This document shows positions 26,410 through 38,400 of a stretch of 64,000 nucleotides of DNA, in pieces. Positions within the stretch are counted from its first letter, which is position 1, and the number at the start of each line of letters is the position of its first letter. The stretch is from Macrostomum lignano (taxonomy: Eukaryota), in contig NIVC01000200.1 of the NCBI GenBank assembly GCA_002269645.1, positions 62,001 to 126,000 of the forward strand, written 5' to 3'. The position numbers were made by a program, and so were the translations under genes. The notes beneath the pieces are model-generated. The model did not search any database. It was not told the DNA's origin and saw nothing but the letters and a program-made list of their open reading frames with translations.

Positions 26410-27750
26410 CGTAGACACAGCGGGGAGGCGGCGAGGGTCGCCCATTTCGCTAGCCGCCTTCGGCAGAGGCGGGGGACCGGTCAGGGTGGTCCTCCGTGGG
26501 GAAGAAAGTTGGCTCCTCGTGTCGCCCGAAAGAACTGGATGAGCCGTGGGATTCTGACGGGCTGGCAGATCTTGTCAGTTGAGGATCGGCCCGAGGTATC
26601 GTAGCCGCGGTCTCTGGTAAAGAAAGGGCAGTGACAAACAGTGCTGAGCATCTTCATTGTCGTACTCGCAAAAAGGGCAAAGTTCACTCTCGAGGTCGCC
26701 TCGGAGGGAGCAGTGCCTTGCAACGTAGCCATGGCCGGTAGAAATCATGACAAGGGCTCGAATGTCCTTCCGATTTTGGTTCAGAAGTACATTTCTGAAC
26801 CTGCGAAAGGGGCACGGAACCTCAGCAGCGATTGCCTGCAGTTCTGGGTGCCCGCCCATCTGTCCCTGTGAAGGGAGTCAGCCCAGTCATCGATCTGACG
26901 ATTGATGACCGTCGAAGGGATAGGGACCAGGCGGGCAGGGCCAAAGAAAAATCCAGAGCCGCCCCTCTTGGCGAGGGTGTCTGCCAGCTCGTTTCCCGGA
27001 AACCCTGCGTGCCCTGGGGTCCACTTCAGCCTGACAGTATTGCTACTGGCCAGGAGGTTAAGCTGCCGGGCGCAGTCGGCGACTTTCCGGGAGTTCGTGG
27101 TGTTGTGGCAAAGGGCCTGTAAGGCCGCTTGGCTATCGGAGCGGATGACAATAAGTCTCTCCTCTCGTACCCTTGGCGTTCAGCTCTGCGGCGCAGGAGC
27201 TGATGGCAAGGACTTCGTTCTGAAAGACTGTGGGAGAGTCTGCCAGTGTGCTGGGCCTGCGTGGCAATGACGCGGCCGTTGATGATGATGCAGACTCGCA
27301 AAGCCGGCGTGGCCGTCTTTGATGAATCCGTCCGTGTAGCAATGGACCTCCTGGAAATTCCAGTTGTCAGTGGCAGCATCCTTAGAGGATGGTGACCTTG
27401 TAGCGCTGAAAGAGGTTAAGAGTGGGGGTTCACTGTCAGATAAGACGTGGAGCCCGCCGCCGTCTCTCAAGTCCTTTAGGCAGAGGTGGGCGTGAGGCAG
27501 GAGCTTGCGCTTAGTCATGGCCATGGAAACGATCAGACGGCGGGCAGTCTTAGCCGCTTCCCTGCCGACAAAGATGTCCAGCGGGGGAATGTTGAGGAAG
27601 GCTTTGAGGCCATCGTAACGAGCAGACGGGGGGCGCTCATGATCATGTGGCATGCGTGTCCTTGCGCTCTCCTGAGAGTCTCCAGGCAGCTGTCTTCATC
27701 TGCAGGGCGCTAGCCCAGATCAGGCCGCCGTACGAGATAGCAGGGCCTAA
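26410..27750 (-). mobile_element. Degenerate non-LTR retrotransposon 3' fragment (RT thumb, RNase H, Cys/His knuckle), related to the 11450-12840 copy
   Basis: VRP.ISYGGLIWAS, AFLNIPPLDIFV..EAAKTARRL, HCYTDG, ISTGHGYVARH, CPFC...EDAQH. Multiple frameshifts. Confidence 0.85.
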
Positions 27751-30700
27751 CCATTGCAGTGTACATGTAGATATCGATGCACCAGAGGCTCTTTTGGGGG
27801 TGAGCCTCCAGGTGGTGCCGACGGCCCTGTGGAGCTGGGCGAGAACTGCGAGGGCGCTTGGCTTTTGCTTGAGCGTGGGATAACCAGTTCAGCCTGTGGT
27901 TACAGGGGTAAACAATTAAATCTGCTCAATATGCTAGTTCATCATACCACCTCAATTTTGTGGCGGACAGAGACTGGTCATCATAAGTTTAACTATAAGC
28001 AAATAAACTCGGCACAACTTTGCTTGCCACTCGCAAGTCACTTCAATTCACAAATCATTGAGAAAAAATTGATTACACCTGCCCTAATGGGCAGATGTGC
28101 AACCGACAGCTTAGCCGCAGCGATTATAGAGAACAGAATGTTAAAACATGAGTCTGCTTTGTGAGGTTTGGCTTTTTCTTCTCCGAACTCATTTTTTTTC
28201 TGAGTGGCCATCTCACGAGAAAACTTTTAAAGAATTAAAGGATCTGTATATGATCTCCAGACTCTGATATATTTTCAGAAACGTCACTGATGAAACTACG
28301 AGCGTATTCACAAAAAATTCGCTCATTCAAGATTTTCAGTTAGTTTATTAATTTTGCTTCCTAAACTTGAGAGTTTGATATAGCTACCAAACGCCCAATA
28401 ATAAGGTGTCTCCATTGTATACAGGATTTTCTTGCATCTACATCGAGTGGGAAACAATAAACTAACTGACTTACTTGGTAGGGGACAAAAATCTGAACAA
28501 TCTGGCGAAAAAATTAACCTTCTACATGTAACCGATTTTTAAATACACACATTTTAATAATCGGCCTTATATCTTTGCACGATTAGCAAGTGTTGCGTCC
28601 TTCAAGTCTAGTAGTCCTTGAAGCATTAAAAACTTTATGACGAGGACGCACTTTTTTCCAAATCCCGCGCTAGCACATGGGCTCAAAACTTACTAGCCTA
28701 CTGACAGCAGGCTAAGGGCATTTTTATTCTTTTTCTGCGAATTTTCATAGAATCTATACTAGATATAATGTCTGGTCATACTTGTCATAATAACATAGGC
28801 GCAGCTTTTTGGGTCATAAATCATCGCTTTCGAAGCTGGTCTGACAGCCACCTGCGCCTCACTCAGTGTTGAGGCGGGCGCCAGATGGTCTGAGAGGATG
28901 CGGGCGGTAGCTTTTTTCTCATCATTTTGACAGGCCATCAAGATTTATGAGGTCAGAGCCTATTGTTCGTGTTCACTCAAGCGTGTGACAGCTTTGACAG
29001 CTATGCGTTTTACCCCTAAAAGTACTTTGGGATTAGCGATTAGTGATTTCTCTTCATTATCTTCACTTTCTATTTATTAAGAGCTTTCTAATGTATATTT
29101 TTTCATTAATTTCTGTCAATCCTACGCGAAAAGTCATAAATCATTTTGTTGCGATTTTGATTGATTTATGGCCGCACCTGTCATCTTTTTACGACCCTGT
29201 GGGAACTGATAGGATCTCCCGGTCACGTGATTCTGGGTAGCAACAAGCTTAGCCAATCAGAAAATTCGGCGCTCATTTTAACAAATCGGCTCAGCCAATC
29301 AGTTTTTGGCCCGCTCGGACCTCAACCGGCTCTCCCGCGGAGGAACCTTTCCGACATTTCTGGTTCCCGGAGCCCGACCGTCGTTTCTTGATCCCCGGAT
29401 TGCGACTCTCCCCATCATCATCAAGGACGAATTCCCCCGGGCAGTGAACATCAAAGTTAAGATCATCACCTGCTAGCTATCAGCGAAGATTGTGTCAGCA
29501 TCATCCCGAGTCTACAGCTGCGAAGCATCAAGCCGATTCGGTCACTGTGGATTTCCTGGTCTCCGGCTGTTGAGTTTCTGATTGGTTGGGTGAGAGGCTA
29601 TCTAGACTTGCTTGATTGGGTGATCCCTTATCTGCCCCCTGTTTCAGTAGCTGAATTAGGCGCACACTTTTGCTCATTTTGTTCAGTAGTGCTGTTGCTG
29701 AGGCAGGAATCATTCAATAATACTGCTAGTAGTCTAAACTCCAATTCAATCTGAAGTGTGAAGTGATCTAAGGAGAAGGTTAAATCTAACAGTTATTTTT
29801 ATCGGTTTTATTTCTTTGTTCGCCGATGGCTCAGATGAGTAGCTAAGCTAGTATAGGCGCCGGTCACAGTGGACCAATGGCAAGGCAGTTCTCAGTCGAT
29901 CAATCTATCAAATCAGTTAGCGCAGCTGCCAGGAGTGCAGAATCGGCGCCAGAGATGTACTTTGTGCACTCTAGGGTAGCCAAGCGGCTCGGGTGAATGA
30001 ATCATGCGGTCTCTGAAGTTCGAGTTAGTCTATCATCAGCGCTAGGAGAGGCTGGTTGGCGCGTCGAAGGCCAAAAGTACAATTCTTCGTATTTAGCAAT
30101 GTAATAGTACATGTAGCTACCCCATAGTCTCGCCTTTGCAAGAATTCCCTGCACAAGTCCCCTCTGTACCTGCATGGCCAATGCGATCTAGTCCCAGCAG
30201 TGTCCCTTATCATCGGCTATGACTTCGAGATAGATTGCAAAAAGACACTAGTTGGCAGGTAAAGTGCAAAGCCCCTTTCAGTCGGAAACCCGATTTCGAG
30301 AGTCCCGGTGTGGTGAGCCAGGGCGCACGGGCTGGTGGCAGCAAGTTAGTTATCTGCGGATTGGATAATTTCTACTTTCAAAATTCTCCCTGCTCGTCTC
30401 TCGCTGTCCCTCTCTTAGCTATAGGACCTAGACTGCTCGCCACACGATCAAGCTACCATGGGGCTGACCATCTGACAGGAGTGGGGGGCCAGGACTCTAA
30501 TTGATTTATTTCTGAGACCTGAGGCCCGAAGGCTTCCCCACAAGCTAAGGGGGCCGGAAGGTCGAAACCCATCATTTAATTGAGGCGTTCATAGCGTAAG
30601 ACAAAGATAACTGTTCATGCGTTAACATGTAATTAAAACATTAGTTGTACAATCATTTGGGCACTTAACTGAGTGCATTTCGTACATGATAAAAACTTTG

Positions 30701-32749
30701 AATGCAGTTAAAATTCCTACACAAAAATGTTATTTTCGTTGGGATTTTTCACGGCCAAAAATTTCATCGATGTTTACTGTAATTTTCGCTATATTTCTTT
30801 TACATTATTTTGATCTTTTCCTAGCAATTGGGAAAAATCGTGCATTCTGCAAGAAATACTAAAAAATACCGGCACATTTTTATTTATTTTGAAAAGTTTT
30901 TAACAAAGCCAGTATTTTTAACTATACTAAATTTCTAAAAACACTTCTAGAATGATTCACAACAAGTAAAAAATGCTTTTACAAGAAATTTCCCAGTTTT
31001 TTTAACAGAAAGCTTTTACATTAAGGTCCGCGTTTTTTAAACCTATAATTTCCTATTTTTAGCAACAAAGCCACGCCCGCCAAGTACATACTACACGCCC
31101 ACCGAGCTCCGTCAGTTTCACTAACTTCACTCTTCGTCATACTTGAGGCTTTTCACATTACCAATTCCAGAACCAGTAATCGTTCGTATCTTCAAAAAAG
31201 CACTATAACTATTTACTTTGTTGAATGTTTGACTGCCTTCACATTAATTACATTGTTCTTGGCTGTTGCCATTCAGTAATTACAACTTTATAGCTCATCT
31301 ATATCTCTAGTTTAGGAGACAAAAAGTTATATTTTACAAATTGAATCTGGTTCTAGAACCAGAACAAGCAGTATGAAAAGGCCCTTGTATTAGGCCTTGT
31401 AGTGCAAAAGATATATTTGCTCATTTGTTGGAAACAATGTAGGGGGCCCCTAACAATTTTGTAACATTTTCTAACAATGTCAATAGTTGGTCTAAAATTT
31501 TGAAATTTGCTCTAAATTTGATTTTTTTCATTTGTCATATGACAAAGTCGTTCTGTACTTGGCAATCAAAGTTTTAATAAAATAATTAAATGTACAAAAA
31601 AGTAAAAAGATCATCATGACAATTTTAAACTGTTTACTTTTACTTTTCCATAAAAATTTGGAATCCTAGACTAGACTAGAGAATGTGGTAACTCAAACTG
31701 GGTTTTTTGTCTAGATGTTAGGTTGGGTACAATTTTGTATCCAAGCCCAAGGTTTAAATTAAGGGTCCAAATTTTAAAACCAAAGTGGGGCACTAGGGCC
31801 TAGTTAGACTATTAGTATTGCTACAACTAAAAAAATAAAAATTAAATTTCAGAAGCAAAATAATGAGTCATAACATGATAACAACTAGGGCTTATACTAG
31901 GCCAGCTATTGCATTTAATTTTTGGCAATAGTACAGTTTCGTTTGTGAAATTATTTTTTGTTTTAATTTGAAAGTTCAAAACCAGAAAACAATAACAATG
32001 ATAAAAATTGATGTTTTAAACCATTCTGACGATTGTGGCAAAGTTTTTAGCTCCCTGGTTGCCAAACTTGCCAAGTTGTCATTGTGTTCTAATTATGTGT
32101 TCTAATTGTGTTCTAACTAATTATGTCATCAAGCTTTGCATGGAAGTGTAATGTAAATGTCTTATTAATTGTAATTTATTATAATGCTAGGATTTTTCTG
32201 AAAGTTCCGGAGCTAATATGTTGCATATAAATACACAAAGCCAGAAGCAAATATCTCCAACTGTTTAGTCTCCTTCCAACTTTCTTTTTTTTCGTGTATG
32301 TAAACTCATATGCAATTTATTCACGAATACAACTAGCTTAAATGCACAAAGTGTAAAATGTAAGGAGCAATCGAAATTGTAGGCACACACGCATCAATGC
32401 GTCAAAAGTATTATATAGGTTAGTTAGGTTTCGTAGAAAATGAAGAAAAACAAAATGTATCAATATAAATAAGAAAACATACTTAAAACTTGCTTATACT
32501 AATTTATTTTAATTCCCTACATAAAAAAGACTAAATAAGTGAACCAAAATAAACATAAATAAAAAAGTCGTTTCGTCTGCTAAAATTCTTTGGCAGACGA
32601 AAAGGCGGCAGACGAAATGACTGCAGACCGTGTTCTAGTGGCGGATATAGAGCTTGTCATTGGGCACTATAGTAGTGGCAAATCTAGAAAAGCATGTTTC
32701 CGAAAGCCCTGTTTGCTCCAAACAGTCAGCACCACATAAATTCCTAGAT

Positions 32750-33400
32750 GTGGCTCTTGAAGAAAGCATCGCTTGTTCTATGCATGGCCCTGAATTTGGC
32801 CTTGCAATGCGCCAACGTTCCCCCAATCATGTTGGTATGGAAAGTTGTATCATTTGGGTCCATAAAATGGAGTCAATAGTTCATGACACTGTGGTCTCCA
32901 TGGCCACCAACTATATTCGCCACTTGGTTGTAGGCTTGCTAACCATTAGTCAAGATCTCTGTGCCAGGCAAGACAAACAAATTTGCTTTCATTGATTTCA
33001 ACAGTAGTGCCAGGTCTACCAAGTTGCATCAGATGGTCAATGAAATATTGGCAGCAAATGTCCTTGACAAAATTGAGCCAGTCCATAGCAATATGATTGC
33101 TCATGTGACACTCGTGCATCATGGCCATCTTGGTCTTATTCCTGGCCTAGCAGTACAGCAAGGTGATAAGCTGCTGCAGTGTGAGGTGACTATGCTTGAA
33201 GAAAGAGTTCTTGATGCTTTGTTGACTGCAGCAAGTCTTGCAGTCCCAGGCCCAGCCATCTACATAACAATCACTAGCTCAACGCTGCAGGTTCATGGGG
33301 GTCTAAGCTGGACAGGAGCATGTACATTGGTTGCCAATAAGCCCAACCTTGGCCATCTAGCGTATTATATCCTCTGGCAGCCATCAGGTCGTACGCATTT
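32750..33400 (-). pseudogene. Merlin/ISXO2-like DDE transposase relic
   Basis: DGWAWDCKTC..SIKNSFFKHSHL, DWLNFVKDIC...LGRPGTTVEINESKF, HFMDP...HTNMIGERW match Merlin-type motifs; stops and frameshifts present. Confidence 0.7.
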
Positions 33401-35493
33401 AGCTCTAGTTATAGTAGAACATTTGCTGGCAGCACTTCATTCGGCAGAATTATCCACGATGGTCTTAGTGGTTGTCTAGCCATGATACAATATGTTGTCC
33501 AAAAGAAAAAGCAGATATTAGCAGCTTCTCAGCTAAAGGAAATAGTTTAAGCCCTCCCCCACTTGAGCCCCTTTCAATTTTTTAAACTATTTTTTCTATA
33601 GACAACTTGCATTTCAAGTAGCATTCAAGTGTGGTACTGATTTAATGAAAAAAGTATATTAATAGAGCGCCCATTTGCTTTAAAGTTCCATGACCAATGA
33701 GCTCTGGCACAGTTGCTAGAATGGTTTAAAACATCGTTATTGTTTTCTAGTTTTGAACTTTCAAATTTAAACAAAAAATAATTTTGCAAACAAAACTGCA
33801 CTATTGCCTAATTTTTTTGTAGCTCATAAAACATGACTTGCTTCACTTTAGTAATTTTATTTCATTGGATAGGGCCTATCATTATAGCCATAGGCCTAAA
33901 TGATAAGTTTAATCAAATAAAATCTTAATTGCATGCACCTAAATCTGGATCAAGTCAAGTTTTAAGGTGCAAAATTTCACTATAGCTCAAATTTCAAGGT
34001 GCAATTTTGAAATTTTGGATGTCATTCATATTAATTTATACAAAAAACCTAGAACTCAACAAAGTCAAAGTTGATTTAGTCAAGAGGGCAATATTTCAAC
34101 TTGTTGTGATACAATCTTTATCAAAATCTAAATTCAGCCAGTCAGTTTTTTCTCTAGCATTTTTACAATTCATTTCAAGTTGAAAATTCTGCTTGACCTT
34201 TGCAAAACAGCATGTTTTTTTAACATTTAATCCCTTTAACATTGAGCAATTTCTTAGCCATGATGCATATACTGTCACAGGGAAATTTCGATCAAATGGT
34301 GCAAGCTTGAAGAAAATTGGTTGAGCCATTTTTAGTGCATAGGAAGTCAAGTCATAGGTATATTTAAAGTCTCTAAACCTCTTAGCTTTATCTATTTTAT
34401 ATTAAGTAGATATAGAAATAAAATAAGTTTAGACTTAAAATTAAGACTTATGGTTTTAGGTGTATATATATTTGTTTAAAAATTTATATAATTTTTATTC
34501 TATATTGACTTTTAATTTGCCAGATACAAACCCAAAATTTGTTTCTATTTTATTTCTTCTATATTTACTTTAAGCTTCATTCATATAAATAAGTAGTTTT
34601 AAATTTTAAGGACATTGAGCATGCTTGTTTAGTTAAATAAATACAGACTTATAATACTCAAGAAAAATGTTGTAGGAGTGCTTCAATACTGTACAAATTT
34701 TGAACAATAAAGGTATGTTTTCTTAGAAACCAAACTTGTGTGAAATATTAGATAAATATTTTGTTTCACTGCGCGAAATAAATTAGGGAATTATTTTTTT
34801 GTTTAATCATATAGGGGGAAACCACTATATATAGGAGCAATTTTGTAGCAAATAAACCAACTGTCTGATTCCTGTGAGCAATTGTTGCAAGCAAAATAGC
34901 AGTTCAATCTACACATTTTAAAGTCTTTCAAGCTAAATAGCGACTTATTCATTTGCAAAACCTGTGAAACAATTCCAAGAAATTTGCTAAGAATGGAATT
35001 GGGACTAATTCTTGGAGATATACTAAGAAAGGCGCCGTGACCCTCTAGTCTTGGTGAACGCCCAATTAGGACTATTAACTAATACATATACTAGTACTAG
35101 ACTGCTCAGGCCATAAGCTACGAGAACGCTACCAGAAATGCTACTAAGAACGCTACCCAGAAATATTTAAATGAAATTCTAAGAAATAGTTAGGGAGTAA
35201 AAACAAGTATAATCAAGATAACTATAGTTGGCAAACAGGAATAACCCCTGTTACAACTTTGGTGGCAGCGGTGGGATATTATTAAGAAGGAAGAAAAAGC
35301 CCTGTTACAATATTAACTTTTAGTTAATAGAATAAAATATTTTATCAACTTGTCCTCAAGACTTAATATATGCTTATTTTATAATCATGTATTATAGTTA
35401 TAGTTTGTAAAAATGTTTTGTTTTTTCATTCATGAAATATTTTCACTTGAATAAACTATTAAAAATTGGTTACTGATTAACTAAGCAGCAAGA

Positions 35494-38400
35494 ATGGGAA
35501 AGCCAGTAAGTTTTAAGTATTGTTTTTTTAATTTTCCTATCACATCAGTTTATAAAAAACAAAATGTTCAACATTATCAATCACCAAATCTATAGATAAA
35601 TGTGAAAGTTACAACCATGGATGCTGAGCTGGAGTTTGCTATTCAGCCTAGCACAACTGGTAAACAGCTGTTTGACCAGGTGAGTAAAATTGTTGCCTTA
35701 GTTTTATGTTTGTGCTTAGTCTCGCCATTTAAATATAACTAATTAGGTGGCGAGGTATTAACAAAAAATGAAGCCATATTTACTCTCGCCGTTTACCTTA
35801 ACTTTTTTCCTATAAGGTGGTAAAAACCATCGGGCTTCGCGAAATCTGGTACTTTGGCCTGCGCTACACTGATGTCAAAGGCTTCGCCACCTGGTTGAAG
35901 CTGAATAAAAAAGTTCTACAGCAGGATGTGCCGAAGGACACGCTTCTGGTGTTCGAATTTAGGGTCAAATTCTTCCCAGAGGACGCCTGTGAAGAGCTCG
36001 TCCAAGAGGTGACGCAGCGCATGTTCTACCTGCAGGTGAAGGAGTCCATTCTGCGAGGCGAGGTCTACTGCCCGCCTGAGACAGCCGTTCTGTTGGCCAG
36101 CATTGCCTGTCAGGTGAAATTTGGCGACTACAACCCGGATGTGCATCAGCAGGGCTTCCTGGCCAACGAGACTCATTTTCCTATCTCGCAGGTGCGTTCT
36201 TGTTTAATAAAAAGATTGCATTTGCAATTTCTTACTGTTTTTTGGCCGGTTGCTTCTCTGATTGGTAATCAAAGTTGACCTATTATGCTTGCTGTTCCCT
36301 GATTGGCTGGTTGTAATTAGAAGATTTTGCTTGCTGATCCCTGATTGGCTGGTTTAAATTGGACGATTTTGCTTGCTGTTCCCTGATTGACAGGTTAAAG
36401 TTGGACGATTCTGCTTGCTGTTCTCTGATTGGCTGTTTTTAATTGGACGATTTTGCTTGCTGTTCTCTGATTGGCTGTTTTTAATTGGACGATTTTGCTT
36501 GCTGTTCTCTGATTGGCTGTTTTTAATTTGGACGATTTTTATTGCTGTTTTCAGATAGGTTATCTTGTCACCAACACATTGCACTCGTATTGTCTAATTC
36601 AAGCTTAATCGCTCCCAATTCTAACAGGCCATTCTAAATCAGCACACCCTGTCCCGCCAAGATTGGGAGGACAAAATAGTGAATTGGTACCGCGAACTTA
36701 AAGGCAAAATGAAGGAGGACGCCATGCTTGAGTACCTGAAAGTTGCCCAAGATCTGGAGATGTACGGCGTGAACTATTTCGAAATCAAGAATAAGAAAGG
36801 CACTGATCTGTTTTTGGGCATCGACGCGTTGGGCCTGAACATCTATGCTCAGGAGGACAAGCTCACGCCTAAGATCGGCTTTCCCTGGTCGGAGATTCGC
36901 AACATCTCGTTTAACGATCGGAAGTTTGTCATTAAACCAATTGATCGCAAAGCACCGGTGAGACGAACTAAAATGTGTCATTCACTGTTTTTAAGGAACC
37001 TCATTCACCGTGTTTAATGAGCTCCATTCACTGATTAAAGAACCCCATTCACATCCTCAAGGAATCTCATTCACATCCATAGGAATCTCATTCACATCCC
37101 TAGGAATCTCATTCACATCCCTAGGAATCTCATTGAAATCCCAAGGAATCCCATTCACATCCCTAGGAATCTCATTCACATCCCTAGGAATCTCATTCAC
37201 ATGCTGTTCATACCTGAAATTCTGGAATCCCTCATCCCCAGGATTTCGTGTTCTTCGCTCCGCGGCTCCGCATCAACAAGCGCATCCTGGCGTTGTGCAT
37301 GGGCAACCACGAGCTGTACATGCGCCGGCGCAAGCCCGACACCATCGAGGTGCAGCAGATGAAGGCTCAGGCCAAGGAGGATCGGGCTAACAAGCAATAC
37401 GAGAAGTGGGTCGCAGTGTAACCTCTCCAGAAGCTCTATTAAATCCGCTCCCTGGTCCTCTCCCACATCCGCTCCCTGATCCTCCCCCCGAATCCGCTCC
37501 CTGATCCACCACCAAATCCGCTCCCTGATCCTTCAAATCCGCTCCCTGATCCTTAAATCCGCTCCCTGATCCTCCCCCAATTCGCTCCCTGATCCTCCCC
37601 CAATCCGCTCCCTAATCCACCAAATCCGCTCCCTGATCCACCACCAAATACGCTCCCAAAACCTCTACTATATCCGCTCCCTGATCCACCAAATCCGCTT
37701 CCTCATTCGCCACATTTAATCAATTCTATAATGCTTAGCTAGTGGTAACGATTAATAAATCTGCACAACAAACGAATGCCCTTATCAGTATAGAGGACTG
37801 CGCTAATACAAATTATGTATTTATAAATTATCATTAATAAGTATAAATAGTAGTCAGAAAGGCACGATAGTCGGCATTGACTTGCTGTTGTACCATATGG
37901 TTCATTGCTTATGTGAAAGCTAGTCTATATCCTAGCGTGTGCTGAGTCTTCAGAACTGTCACACAAACACAATTTCTCTCCGCCACGTACCCACGAGTAC
38001 ACCAAAGCAACAAAAATATTGTTTATTCGATCTGTCCTATTTTGCTTTCTTTCTGCTTCTAGTAAGACACAGAGACACTACGCCCTCCACCCCCCTATTA
38101 GAAGAAGCAGCAGGTTTGTGTGTGTTTAGCACAGCCCGTCCCGTGAGTGTACAGTGGCCTCGCTAGCTTGAAGTTGGGGTGGTTGGGTGGGTGCTTTTGT
38201 GTGCGGCTTGATCCGCGGGTTCGGTTTTGTAAAGTAAAAGACAGCAGGCCAAACAAATCTTGCAATGCTGGCTGACAGTGAATTAAATGACATAAAAACT
38301 TTATAGTTTGTCTTCTGGGTAAATGGAAATGAAACTTTAGAATGGATCAATTCTTTTTAGATGCTGCTAATGAACCGATTTTAGTGTCAGATTTTAGCGT

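Noticed and set aside
30505-30575. Possible hammerhead ribozyme (ctgag...cgaa...gaaac)
   Set aside because: The CUGANGA core is not intact and stems I/III could not be built.
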